Positions 55,173-64,000 of a stretch of DNA of 64,000 nucleotides are shown in pieces (position 1 is the first letter of the stretch; the number at the start of each line of letters is the position of its first letter). The notes below the pieces were generated by a model. It was not told the origin of the DNA. It made no database searches and saw only the letters and a list, made by a program, of their open reading frames with translations. The stretch is from NCBI GenBank assembly GCA_963707635.1, contig OY970173.1:2496001-2560000 (forward strand). Reading direction: 5' to 3'. Both the position numbers and the translations under genes were made by a program. This stretch comes from Candidatus Latescibacterota bacterium. GTDB lineage: Bacteria > Krumholzibacteriota > Krumholzibacteriia > WVZY01 > JAKEHA01.

Positions 55173-56996
55173 CTAGACTCGCTCGCCGCCCGGGCGCCCG
55201 TCGGCGCCACCCGCCGGGCGCCGAATCTCGAGGTGGAGCTCGCGAATCTGGTCGGGGTCCACCTCGGACGGCGCGTCGTCCATCAGCGACGTCGCCTTCT
55301 GTGTCTTCGGGAACGCGATCACGTCGCGGATCGACGCGGCCCCCACCAGGGTCATCAGCAGCCGGTCGACCCCGGGCGCAATCCCGCCGTGGGGGGGTGC
55401 GCCGAATTCCAACGCGTCGAGCAGAAAGCCGAAGCGCCGAGCGGCATCCGCTTTGGTGATGCCCGTCACCGCCATCACGCGCTCCTGCAGCTCGCGATTG
55501 TGGATACGGATGCTCCCCGACGCAAGCTCCATCCCGTTGCACACCAGGTCGTAGAGGTGCGCGCGCACGCGCAGCGGGTCCGATTCCAGAAACTGGACGT
55601 CCTCCTCGAACGGCATCGAGAAGAGGTGATGGCAGGGCGCGTACCCGCCACGCTCCTCGTCGCGCTCGAACAGCGGGAATTCGTTGACCCACACGAAATC
55701 GAAGCGCTCCGTGCGGTCGAGTCCGAGCCGGCGGCCGACGTCGGTGCGCAGCCGGCCGAGGAGGAGCGAAATCGCGGGCACCTCGCCGACCAGGGCGAGC
55801 AGCAGGTCCCCTTCCTCCATCGCGCAGCCGGCGATGATCCGCGCCTCGACGGGCTGGCCGAGGAACTTGGCGGCCACGCCGGTCAGGCGGCCGTCCGCGC
55901 GCCGCAGGCTCAAGAGCCCGCCCGCGCCGCCCGCTTTGGCGAGCGACTCCAGCTCGTCGACGTCCTTCTTGGCGAGCCTCGCCCCGCCCGCGACCACGAA
56001 GCCGCGCACGTGGCGACCGGCGGCCAGCGCCTCTTGCACGACGCGAAACTCAGTTCCCTCGAAGTACGCCGAGATCGATCGGATCTCCATCCCCAGCCGC
56101 AGGTCGGGTTTGTCCGAGCCGTAACGCTCGATGGCGTCGCGGTACGCGAGGCGCGGAAACGGCGTCGCGAGTGCCACGCCACGGCCGACGCGAAACACTT
56201 CGCCCATCATTCCCTCGACCAATTCGAACACGTGGTCCTCGCGCGGGAAACTCATCTCGATGTCGATCTGGGTGTGCTCGGGCTGACGGTCGGCGCGCAG
56301 GTCCTCGTCGCGCAGGCAACGCGCGATCTGAAAGTACTTGTCGAAGCCGGCCACCATCAGGATCTGCTTGTAGAGTTGCGGGCTCTGGGGGAGCGCGTAG
56401 AAGCACCCCGGGTGCAGCCGGCTGGGCACCAGGTAGTCGCGGGCGCCCTCGGGGGTGGCGCGCACCAGCATCGGCGTCTCGATCTCCAGGAATCCGCGCG
56501 CCGAGAGAAAATTGCGGATCGCGAGCACGACGCGGTGGCGCAGCTCGAGATTCTCCTTGAGGGGCCTCCGGCGAAGGTCCAGGTAGCGGTACTTCAGCCG
56601 CAGCTCCTCGCTGGCCTTGACGTCGTCGGTGATGGTGAACGGGAGCACCTGCGAGCGATTCAGCACCACCACGCGCGCCGCCGCCACTTCGATCGCCCCG
56701 GTGGACGAATCGTCCCGCACCATTTCTTTCGGCCGCACGCGCACGGAGCCTTCCACCGCGATGACGTCCTCCATGCGCAGCGCCGCGGTGACGGCGCCGA
56801 GGGCGTCGTTCGACGCGTCGACCACCACCTGCACGTGCCCGTAGCGGTCCCGCAGGTCGATGAAGTGGACCCCGCCGAGGTTGCGCAGCCGGGACACCCA
56901 GCCCATGAGGCGCACCGTGGTTCCCGCCGCGTCCTGGCCGAGCTCGCCGCAGGTGTGCGAACGATCGAACGGCAGCCAGTATCCCTCGATGCTCAC
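55173..56996 (-). CDS. aspS: Aspartate-tRNA ligase
   Basis: RSHTCGEL, FIDLRD, RLKYRYLDLR, TPEGARD, PQSPQ and GAPPHGGIA. GTG start overlaps the hisS stop. Confidence 0.97.
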   Translation of the reverse strand: MSIEGYWLPFDRSHTCGELGQDAAGTTVRLMGWVSRLRNLGGVHFIDLRDRYGHVQVVVDASNDALGAVTAALRMEDVIAVEGSVRVRPKEMVRDDSSTGAIEVAAARVVVLNRSQVLPFTITDDVKASEELRLKYRYLDLRRRPLKENLELRHRVVLAIRNFLSARGFLEIETPMLVRATPEGARDYLVPSRLHPGCFYALPQSPQLYKQILMVAGFDKYFQIARCLRDEDLRADRQPEHTQIDIEMSFPREDHVFELVEGMMGEVFRVGRGVALATPFPRLAYRDAIERYGSDKPDLRLGMEIRSISAYFEGTEFRVVQEALAAGRHVRGFVVAGGARLAKKDVDELESLAKAGGAGGLLSLRRADGRLTGVAAKFLGQPVEARIIAGCAMEEGDLLLALVGEVPAISLLLGRLRTDVGRRLGLDRTERFDFVWVNEFPLFERDEERGGYAPCHHLFSMPFEEDVQFLESDPLRVRAHLYDLVCNGMELASGSIRIHNRELQERVMAVTGITKADAARRFGFLLDALEFGAPPHGGIAPGVDRLLMTLVGAASIRDVIAFPKTQKATSLMDDAPSEVDPDQIRELHLEIRRPAGGADGRPGGERV

Positions 56997-58261
56997 CGCG
57001 ACTCTCCTCGTCCCGGCGCCGCCGCGTTGGCGTGCGCCGCCAGCTGCGCGTCCGCAATCCGCGTGTGCGTGCGCGCCCCCAGGTCGTGCCATTCCACCTC
57101 GTCCGGCGCGGCGGCGTCGACCACGACCGCCACCTTCGACTTTTGCTTCGCCGCCGCCTCGAGCTGGGTCTTGCGCGACCGACCCGACAGGTCGACGTGC
57201 GCGCTGCCGGTTGCGCGCAGAGTGCGCGCTGCCACCAGCGCCCTCGCCTCGGCGGCCTCGCCCACGCACACCACGTAGTAGTCGGTGGATTCACTCCCGC
57301 GCGCGGCGGGACTGCCGGCCGGCAGCGCGTCGACGATTCGCTCCAGCCCGGCGCTGAACCCGATCGCGGGGGTCGGCGGCCCGCCGCATTGTTCGACCAG
57401 CGTGTCGTAGCGCCCGCCGCCGCAGATCGCATCCTGCGCGCCGTGCGCGCCGCAGTAGACTTCGAACACGGTGCGCGTGTAATAGTCGAGCCCGCGCACG
57501 AGGTAGGGATCCTCGACGAAGGAAATACCCAGCGCCCCGAGCATCTCCCGCACCCGCGCGAAGTGCGCCGCGTCCTCGTCCACCAGGTGTTCCGAGATCA
57601 GCGGCAGCCGGCGCTTGAGCTTCTCGCCGTATTCCTTCGAGTCGAAGATGCGCAGCGGGTTGTGCGCGTAGCGCTCCATCGCCTCCGGCGCGAGCTCGCT
57701 CGCGAGCGCGCGAATCGCCTCGAGCAGGACGCCGCGGTAGCGCTCGCGCGAGCGCTCGCCGCCCACGGAATTGAGCCGGAGGTCGATTCCGGAGAGTCCG
57801 AGGGCCGCGAGCGCTTCGACCACCACCTGGATGACCTCCGCGTCGAGCCCCGGGCTCGCGCTGCCCAGCGCTTCGGCCCCCACCTGGTGAAACTGCCGGT
57901 AGCGCCCGGCCTGCGGGCGATCGTAGCGGAACATGGGGCCGAGGTACCACAGCCGCTGCACCCCGCCCCACCGGTGCATGCCGTTCTCGAGATAGGCGCG
58001 GATGACGGACGCCGTGTTTTCGGGACGGAGCGTGAGGCTGCGCCCCCCGCGATCGTCGAACGTGTACATCTCCTTGCTGACGATGTCCGACTGCTCCCCC
58101 ACCGCGCGGACGAACAGCTCGGTCGATTCGAAGATCGGAGTGCGGATGCCGCGGTAGCCGAAGCGGTCGAACACCGCGGTGAAGGCGCTCTCGACCGAGC
58201 GCCAGCGGTCGATCTCGACCGGCGTCACGTCGTGGGTTCCCCGGGGCCGTGAGTACTTCAT
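56993..58261 (-). CDS. hisS: Histidine-tRNA ligase
   Basis: PRGT, LRPENTA, FRYDRPQAGRYRQFHQ, LVRGLDYY and GGGRYD. Confidence 0.97.
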   Translation of the reverse strand: MKYSRPRGTHDVTPVEIDRWRSVESAFTAVFDRFGYRGIRTPIFESTELFVRAVGEQSDIVSKEMYTFDDRGGRSLTLRPENTASVIRAYLENGMHRWGGVQRLWYLGPMFRYDRPQAGRYRQFHQVGAEALGSASPGLDAEVIQVVVEALAALGLSGIDLRLNSVGGERSRERYRGVLLEAIRALASELAPEAMERYAHNPLRIFDSKEYGEKLKRRLPLISEHLVDEDAAHFARVREMLGALGISFVEDPYLVRGLDYYTRTVFEVYCGAHGAQDAICGGGRYDTLVEQCGGPPTPAIGFSAGLERIVDALPAGSPAARGSESTDYYVVCVGEAAEARALVAARTLRATGSAHVDLSGRSRKTQLEAAAKQKSKVAVVVDAAAPDEVEWHDLGARTHTRIADAQLAAHANAAAPGRGESR

Positions 58262-58266
58262 GGTCG

Positions 58267-58668
58267 TCACTCCGCGGCCACGCGGACGCGCGGGGTGCGG
58301 GCCGCGTGCAACAGGCACGCGGTCGCGGCGACGGCGGCGCCGGTCAGGTCCGCGAGCCAGTCGTGGAGATCCGTGAGCCGCCCTGGAATGGTGCCCTGGA
58401 AGAGCTCGTCCGCCGACGCCAGCACCGCGACCACCGCCACCAGCGCCAGCGCCGCGGTCAGGCGATCGCGCGCCAGCGCGGGCGCCAGCGCGCGCCACAA
58501 CAGGAAGGTCAGCCCCCCGTACTCGAGCGCGTGCGCGAGCTTGTCCTTCAGGTCGAATTCCGGACCCGGGGCGTGCAGATACGGTCGCGACGACACGAAA
58601 AAGATCAGGGCGATGTACGCGATCGTCGCCGCGAGCCATCGTCGCCGGACACCTGCGGGTTGATTCAT
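58267..58668 (-). CDS. VanZ-family membrane protein
   Basis: DKLAHALEY, DELFQ..IPGR and DWLAD..G. Confidence 0.88.
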   Translation of the reverse strand: MNQPAGVRRRWLAATIAYIALIFFVSSRPYLHAPGPEFDLKDKLAHALEYGGLTFLLWRALAPALARDRLTAALALVAVVAVLASADELFQGTIPGRLTDLHDWLADLTGAAVAATACLLHAARTPRVRVAAE

Positions 58669-58680
58669 AGGGACTCTGTC

Positions 58681-59139
58681 TTACCGGTCGCCGAAACGCT
58701 TCAACACACCGATCACGTCGGCGGGATCACCCGCGCGCCGGATATCGTCGCGAAATTCGGCGTGGTTCAACAGACGTGAAATCTTCGCCAGGACGCGAAT
58801 GTGTTCCCGCCGTTTTTCCTTCGGGCCGAGTACGACGAACAACACGTCCACGTCCGCCTCGTCCGGCGCGCCGAAGGCGACGCCGGCCACCGTGCGGTAC
58901 ACGCCGGCCACCAGGCGATCGACCCCGTCGGTGTACGCGTGCGGGATCGCGACCCCGTTGCCCACGCCCGTGCTCATCACGCGTTCCCGGGCGAGCAGGT
59001 CGTCGAGCGCGGTGGCACGGTCCGTGACGAACCCCTTTCGGTCGAAGTCGTCGACGACGGCCTCGAGGAGCGCCTCCTTGGCGAGGGGCGGCAGGGCGGT
59101 CACGACGGTCTGGGGAACGAACAGGTCGGTTAGTCGCAT
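58681..59139 (-). CDS. PTS EIIA (fructose/nitrogen-regulatory type) protein
   Basis: LLARE...STGVGNGVAIPH and HIRVLAKISR. Confidence 0.92.
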   Translation of the reverse strand: MRLTDLFVPQTVVTALPPLAKEALLEAVVDDFDRKGFVTDRATALDDLLARERVMSTGVGNGVAIPHAYTDGVDRLVAGVYRTVAGVAFGAPDEADVDVLFVVLGPKEKRREHIRVLAKISRLLNHAEFRDDIRRAGDPADVIGVLKRFGDR

Positions 59140-59165
59140 CGCATTGCCGTCGGCCGGGACATGCA

Positions 59166-59194
59166 ACATTAGGTGCGCCCGGGCGGCCTGTCAA
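59166..59194 (-). promoter_or_regulatory. Sigma-70-type promoter of the PTS IIA-vanZ-hisS-aspS unit
   Basis: TTGACA-17-TAATGT. Confidence 0.62.
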
Positions 59195-59216
59195 GCGCGC
59201 TCGCCGCCCGTGGACG

Positions 59217-60155
59217 TCAGCGCCCGGAAGGAAACACGCGCACGTCGAGCGTGTCGGCGCTGATCCGCGCCAACTCGACCCCCGCCGGGAGGATCACGCT
59301 CGGGCACAGGCGGTAGGTGGCGGGCTTGCGCCCGCTCAACTCGACCAGCACGGATACGTCTCCGGAAGACAGCGTGTCCAGCACCGCGGACGGCCCCTTG
59401 AGCGTCAACGACACGGTGGCGGGAGTGACCTCGGCGTCGATGTCGGGAGAATCCAGCAGAACGGTGGGCGGCACGTTGGCCAGCACTCGTTCGCCGCGCG
59501 GGCTCACGCGCAGCGTCACGTCCACGCGGGCCGGGTCGCACACCACCGCGGGTACGCCGCAATCGAGCGCCACGCTGCGCGTGTCCGAGCTGTGAACGCG
59601 CGCGAGGTCCACCGGATCCGTGCTCACGTGCTGGATGCGCTCGACCGCGGACGCCGGGCCACGCACGGTGACCCAGGCCGGGTCGATGCTAACGCCGCCG
59701 TCGAGCAGGACCACGTCGGCCGGGAGCACGCCCTCGGCCGCCAGCGAGACCTGCACGCGGCGCGTCGCCATCGGCTCGAGATCGATTTCCACCGCCGAGG
59801 GCGAGGTCACCTGCATGCTGCCGGGCGCGAAGCCCCCCGCCCCGCGCACGTGCTGGCTCGTCAACGGCACCCGCTGTCGTCCGGGGCCCAGACCGGCCAG
59901 GTCGATCACGACCTCGAGCTTGCGAAACCCCATCGTCACGACCCGGCGGCGCGAGGCCGTGATTCGCACCTGCGCCGAAACCGGCACTGCGTTCGCGATC
60001 GCGAGCGAATCCGAGAGCCCCTCGAGCACCAGCGCCGCCGTGCGCACGCGCACGACCTCCTCCTGCCCGCTGGCGTTGAACCACACCAGCAGCGCCACCA
60101 CCACCGCGAGCACTTTGGCACCGAAATTGTGGGTAACCGCGCGCGCGAGTTTCAT
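59217..60155 (-). CDS. CdaR/YbbR-domain protein
   Basis: N-terminal TM (NFGAKVLAVVVALLVW) plus three YbbR repeats (P..VTVRGP). Confidence 0.85.
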   Translation of the reverse strand: MKLARAVTHNFGAKVLAVVVALLVWFNASGQEEVVRVRTAALVLEGLSDSLAIANAVPVSAQVRITASRRRVVTMGFRKLEVVIDLAGLGPGRQRVPLTSQHVRGAGGFAPGSMQVTSPSAVEIDLEPMATRRVQVSLAAEGVLPADVVLLDGGVSIDPAWVTVRGPASAVERIQHVSTDPVDLARVHSSDTRSVALDCGVPAVVCDPARVDVTLRVSPRGERVLANVPPTVLLDSPDIDAEVTPATVSLTLKGPSAVLDTLSSGDVSVLVELSGRKPATYRLCPSVILPAGVELARISADTLDVRVFPSGR

Positions 60156-60179
60156 CGGCGATGGCTCGTCGCGCCGGCA

Positions 60180-61547
60180 CTAGTTCGCGCGCACGACGAG
60201 TTCCTGCCCCACGCGCAGGCTGCTGCGGGTCCCAAGGCTGTTGAGCTGGCGCAACCGGTCCACCGAGGTCTTGTAGAGCCGAGAGATGGTCCACAGCGTG
60301 TCGCCGCGCTGCACGCGGTGGATGACCGCGGTCTCCTGCGCGCTGCGCTGCGGCGGGTGCAGGCGGAAGAACTCCAGCACTCCGTCCGCCACCGCGCGCG
60401 CCATGGTCTCGCGGCCGGCGGCGTCCCGCACCAGCCGGGCGTCGGACGCGTTGGAGATGAACCCAGCTTCGACGAGCACCGACGGCATCGTGATCGTGCG
60501 CAGCACCGAGAACGACTTCTGTTTCACCGCGCGCGTGGGCAGCAGCCGGCGGTCGCGGACCGATTCCAGAATCGACTCCGCGAGCAGCTCGCTGCGCGCG
60601 AGCACGCTCTGCTGGTTGACGTCGAGGAGCATGTGGACGATGTCTCCGTCGTCGCCCGGGTCGAGCCCGAAGTCGTGCGCCGCCTCGCCGCTCGCCAGCG
60701 CCTTGCTGGCGGCGCGCTGGGCCCCCGCGGGGGCGACGAAATAGATCTCGGCGCCGCGGGCCGAGCTGCTCGGCGCCGAGTTCAGGTGCATGCTGACGAA
60801 TACGTCGGCGTGCTTCTCTTCGGCGATCTGGTTGCGCCGCTCCAGCGTGAGGTAGACGTCGGAGTCGCGCGTGAGGACGGCGTCGACTCCCGGCTGGCGG
60901 TCGAGGATCGCGGCCACCCGCCGGGCAAGGTCGAGGCAGAGCTTCTTCTCGACCAGGGCGTACTTTCCGATGGCGCCGGTGTCGTGGCCTCCGTGACCCG
61001 CATCGATGGCCACCACGAAGGGCCGCGACGGCGAGGTTCGCGCGCCGGAAGGCGCGACGGCGGTTTCCGGGTTCGGAACCGAATCCGCCTCGGCGACGGG
61101 TTTGGTCACGGCCATCGCGGCTGGCGCCGCCACGGCCTCCGCGAGGTCGACGACGATCCGAAACGGCTTGCCGTCGCCTGCCGGGAGCGAGAATTCCTTC
61201 CAGGTGACGCCGGGCTCGACACCCACGACGACCTCGACCCGCTCGTTACCCGCGCTTGCGTGGAGATCGCGAACACCGTTGCTCCCGACGACCGCGTCTG
61301 CCTGCACCGACCGGTCGAGGGAGGCTCCCGGAACCACGATCGAGATGGCGGACGAGTCGGCCAGGTAGTCCACCATGAAGCCCGACCGCCGGGTCAGGTC
61401 CAGAACGACCCGGGTCTGTCCCGTCTGGGCCGAGTAGCGCACCGACCGGACCACCAGCGGGGTCGCCGACCGGGCAAGCTGGGCCGAAAGGCACGAAACC
61501 CCCGCCGCCAGGGCGAGTATCTGGTTCAACCTGCGGTAATAACTCAT
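60180..61547 (-). CDS. N-acetylmuramoyl-L-alanine amidase (AMIN + Amidase_3 + LysM)
   Basis: TRVVLDL, IDAGHGGHD.GA, FVSMHLN, PSVLVEAGF and HRVQRGDTLW. Confidence 0.93.
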   Translation of the reverse strand: MSYYRRLNQILALAAGVSCLSAQLARSATPLVVRSVRYSAQTGQTRVVLDLTRRSGFMVDYLADSSAISIVVPGASLDRSVQADAVVGSNGVRDLHASAGNERVEVVVGVEPGVTWKEFSLPAGDGKPFRIVVDLAEAVAAPAAMAVTKPVAEADSVPNPETAVAPSGARTSPSRPFVVAIDAGHGGHDTGAIGKYALVEKKLCLDLARRVAAILDRQPGVDAVLTRDSDVYLTLERRNQIAEEKHADVFVSMHLNSAPSSSARGAEIYFVAPAGAQRAASKALASGEAAHDFGLDPGDDGDIVHMLLDVNQQSVLARSELLAESILESVRDRRLLPTRAVKQKSFSVLRTITMPSVLVEAGFISNASDARLVRDAAGRETMARAVADGVLEFFRLHPPQRSAQETAVIHRVQRGDTLWTISRLYKTSVDRLRQLNSLGTRSSLRVGQELVVRAN

Positions 61548-61579
61548 TATCGAAACGAAAGATAAACTATCCGACCCGA

Positions 61580-61609
61580 ACCATACCGGCGTCAGTCGGT
61601 GGGTGGCAA
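61580..61609 (-). promoter_or_regulatory. Sigma-70-type promoter of the amidase gene
   Basis: TTGCCA-18-TATGGT. Confidence 0.55.
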
Positions 61610-61621
61610 GAAAAAAAGGGG

Positions 61622-62545
61622 TCAGTCCGCGAGGACGAATCGCATCGGGTCGATGCGCTCGCCTTCCTGCTCGATCTCATAATGGAGGTGCGAGAACGTC
61701 GATCGGCCGGTCGAGCCCACGCGCCCCACCACGTCCCCCCGAACCACGCGCTGGCCCTTCTGGACCAGCCGGCGCTGCAGGTGCGCGTAGCGGGTCACGA
61801 AGCCGGCGCTGTGGGAGATCTCCACCACGTTGCCGTAGGTCTGCCATACTCCCGAGAACGTCACCACTCCATCGGCGGTGGCCTGGACCGGCGTGCCCAG
61901 GCGGGCAGAGAAGTCGACCCCGCGGTGCATGGTGCGCCGTCCGCTGATGGGGTCCATGCGCCATCCGAAGCGGCTGGAAACGAATCCGACGTTTACCGGG
62001 CGCAAGGACGGCGTCGTTCGCACCTGCTCGTTGGAGGCTTCCAGGCGCGCGACGATGATCTCGTAGTCGTCGCGCTGGAGGCGGGCCTGGCGCAGCAGCT
62101 TGTCGATATCTTCCCGCGCGTCGGCCAGGCGATTGCGCGTGCCCGGGTCGACGTCCGGAATCGCGTAGGCGAGCCCGAGCGCGGGCCCGCCAACCCCCAC
62201 CTCGGCCACGTCGTCGCTCAACTCGTCGAGGTTGGCGAGGATGCGGGCCTTCTTCTGGAAATCGAAATTCTGGGAGACCTGACGGCGCAGCGTTTCCATT
62301 TCGCCGTCGAGTTGGTCGATCTGGGAGCGAAGGGCGCCGTTTTCCTTCGCCATGAGCTCTACGCGGTAGGCGTCCTGGAGCCGGCTCGAGTAATGGAGGA
62401 CGGTCCACCCGGACGCGCCGAGAGCGATCAGCACCGTGATCGCGAGCGCGAGAACCGCGTTGCGCCGGACTGTAAACGAGCGCGGTTCGCTCGCGCCGTC
62501 CGGCAAGTATAGAAATGTTAGAAGCTTATCGCGGATCACAACCAC
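61622..62545 (-). CDS. M23-family metallopeptidase
   Basis: TM plus coiled coil, H.GVD, YAHL, GSTGRST..HLHYE. Confidence 0.93.
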   Translation of the reverse strand: MVVIRDKLLTFLYLPDGASEPRSFTVRRNAVLALAITVLIALGASGWTVLHYSSRLQDAYRVELMAKENGALRSQIDQLDGEMETLRRQVSQNFDFQKKARILANLDELSDDVAEVGVGGPALGLAYAIPDVDPGTRNRLADAREDIDKLLRQARLQRDDYEIIVARLEASNEQVRTTPSLRPVNVGFVSSRFGWRMDPISGRRTMHRGVDFSARLGTPVQATADGVVTFSGVWQTYGNVVEISHSAGFVTRYAHLQRRLVQKGQRVVRGDVVGRVGSTGRSTFSHLHYEIEQEGERIDPMRFVLAD

Positions 62546-62579
62546 GCCGCCTGTACACGTTCACCGGCATCTGCGGCCG

Positions 62580-62608
62580 AGGCTAAGCAACGCCCCCCGG
62601 CGTGTCAA
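62580..62608 (-). promoter_or_regulatory. Sigma-70-type promoter of the M23 gene
   Basis: TTGACA-17-TAGCCT. Confidence 0.55.
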
Positions 62609-62668
62609 GCCAATCAGACGCGGGCAAGGTTCGTACCAGCCCTGGCCCCGCGCCGCCATGCGTCCGCA

Positions 62669-62701
62669 TAAGGAAAGGGCAGGAGCCCGCGCCCCTGCCC
62701 T
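62669..62701 (-). terminator. Probable intrinsic terminator after the sigma factor gene
   Basis: AGGGCAGG...CCTGCCCT stem followed by TTCCTT on the minus strand. Confidence 0.55.
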
Positions 62702-62729
62702 CGAGAGAACGTCCGCGTCGGGCCGTTGC

Positions 62730-63632
62730 CTACTGCTCCATGTAGCCCTGGAGGAACTTCGCGCGCGTGGAATGGCGAAGCCGCTGGATCGCCTTTTCCT
62801 TGATCTGGCGAATGCGCTCGCGCGTGAGCTTCAGGCGCTTGCCGATATCCTCGAGCGTCATGGGGGCGTCGCCGCCCAAGCCGAAGTAGAGCGACAGGAT
62901 CTGGCGCTCGCGCTCCGAGAGGGTGGCGAGCGCGCGTTCGAGATCGTCGCTCAGCGCGGCGGCGTAGGTGTCCTCGTCGGGCGCGGCCTGGGCCTCGTCG
63001 GTGAGGTAGTCGACCAGCGCCGTGTCGTCTTTCTCGCTCGAGTACGGGTCGTCCAGCGAGACGTGTGTGTTCGCGATGACCATCGTGTCGGCAACTTCCT
63101 TCGCCGAGATGTTGAGCCGCGCCGCGATCTCGTCGGCGCTCGGCGCCCGGCCGAGCTCCTGGTCGAGCTGGCGCGACACCTTGCCGATCCGGTACAGCGT
63201 GCCCGCCCGGTTCAGGGGCAGGCGCACGATCCGCGAGTGCTCGGCCAGCGCCTGCAGCATCGCCTGGCGGATCCACCACACGGCGTAGGAGATGAACTTG
63301 AAACCCCGTTCTTCGTCGAAGCGGTGCGCCGCCTTGATCAGGCCCAGGTTCCCCTCGTTGATGAGGTCCTCGAGCGAGAGGCCCTGGTTCGCGTACTGCT
63401 TCGCGATCGAGACCACGAAGCGGAGGTTGGCGCGCACGAGCCCGTCCAGCGCGTCCTTGTCGCCGCCGCGAATGCGAACCGCCAGGTCCCGCTCCTGCTC
63501 GCGGGTCAACAGCGCCGTGCGGTTGATCTCGTGGAGATAGAGGTCGAGGCTCCGGATGCCGGCTCCGGCCTCGGACTCCTTCGACGCCCGCTCGCGCGGT
63601 TCCAGACGATCTTCCATTTCTCGTTCTCGCAT
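62730..63632 (-). CDS. RNA polymerase sigma-70 factor, RpoD/SigA family lacking region 1.1
   Basis: YLHEI, ANLRFVVSIAKQY, DLINEGNLGL, GFKFISYAVWWIRQ and TRERIRQI. AGGAGG 8 nt before the ATG at 63632. Confidence 0.93.
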   Translation of the reverse strand: MREREMEDRLEPRERASKESEAGAGIRSLDLYLHEINRTALLTREQERDLAVRIRGGDKDALDGLVRANLRFVVSIAKQYANQGLSLEDLINEGNLGLIKAAHRFDEERGFKFISYAVWWIRQAMLQALAEHSRIVRLPLNRAGTLYRIGKVSRQLDQELGRAPSADEIAARLNISAKEVADTMVIANTHVSLDDPYSSEKDDTALVDYLTDEAQAAPDEDTYAAALSDDLERALATLSERERQILSLYFGLGGDAPMTLEDIGKRLKLTRERIRQIKEKAIQRLRHSTRAKFLQGYMEQ

Positions 63633-63681
63633 TACTTCATCCTCCTGGTTCTTACCCATCCACACTGCCCCAGGGGTTGAG

Positions 63682-63999
63682 TCACTTTCGATCGGGTATC
63701 ACCGGCACGTAGGTGGTAACCCGTCCTCTCTTCACCAGGAACGCGATTGGTTCCTTCCGGTCTTGCAGTTTCTTCGACATCGCCTCGTACTCCTCGATGC
63801 CGCCCACTTCGTGCGAATACACCTCGGTGATCACATCGCCTTCCCGGAGGCCAGCATCCTCCGCGGGGCTCTCCCCCTCCACCTCCGTCACCACCACACC
63901 GGTCTGTCCACGATCGAGCCCGAACCGACGCCGGGTTTCGCTGTTCCTCGCGTCTTCCACCCGGATCCCCAGCCATGCGCCGCTTTCGTGCTCGGGGGC
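63682..63999 (-). CDS. C-terminal PDZ domain of a DegP/HtrA-family protease (partial)
   Basis: WLGI..., GVVVTEVEGESPAEDAGLREGDVI and FLVKRG. Runs off the window edge. Confidence 0.8.
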   Translation of the reverse strand, partial: APEHESGAWLGIRVEDARNSETRRRFGLDRGQTGVVVTEVEGESPAEDAGLREGDVITEVYSHEVGGIEEYEAMSKKLQDRKEPIAFLVKRGRVTTYVPVIPDRK

Positions 64000-64000
64000 G

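Overview
High-GC (roughly 70%) bacterial chromosomal segment. All ~39 supportable genes lie on the minus strand. T9SS-style C-terminal sorting domains, PorV/PorP-like barrels and a short RpoD-type sigma factor suggest an FCB-group diderm; Latescibacterota/Krumholzibacteriota-like is an inference only. In transcription order (right to left) the window holds: a partial degP/htrA, the sigma factor, an M23 peptidase, an amidase, a CdaR/YbbR protein, PTS IIA, VanZ, hisS, aspS, two lipoproteins, and phoH-(PgpH-like HD)-ybeY-corC-mgtE-recO-glyQS. Next comes a lower-GC block of four secreted or lipoprotein genes (34.1-43.1 kb), then an aldehyde dehydrogenase and ppdK. After that is a tightly coupled envelope cluster with exported CBM48-like glycogen-binding domains, barrels and a PorV-like protein (22-28.8 kb). 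The last 21.7 kb is a coupled operon encoding a ~4,850-aa Ig-repeat T9SS cargo (split by probable sequencing indels), a PorV-TPR fusion, a single membrane protein fusing RsbW kinase/sensor/HAMP/RsbU phosphatase/IS-type HTH/3xSTAS, an orphan ParA and an unannotated RHH-like partner. This last operon is the best candidate for an undescribed system. No rRNA, tRNA, CRISPR array or intact mobile element was recognised.
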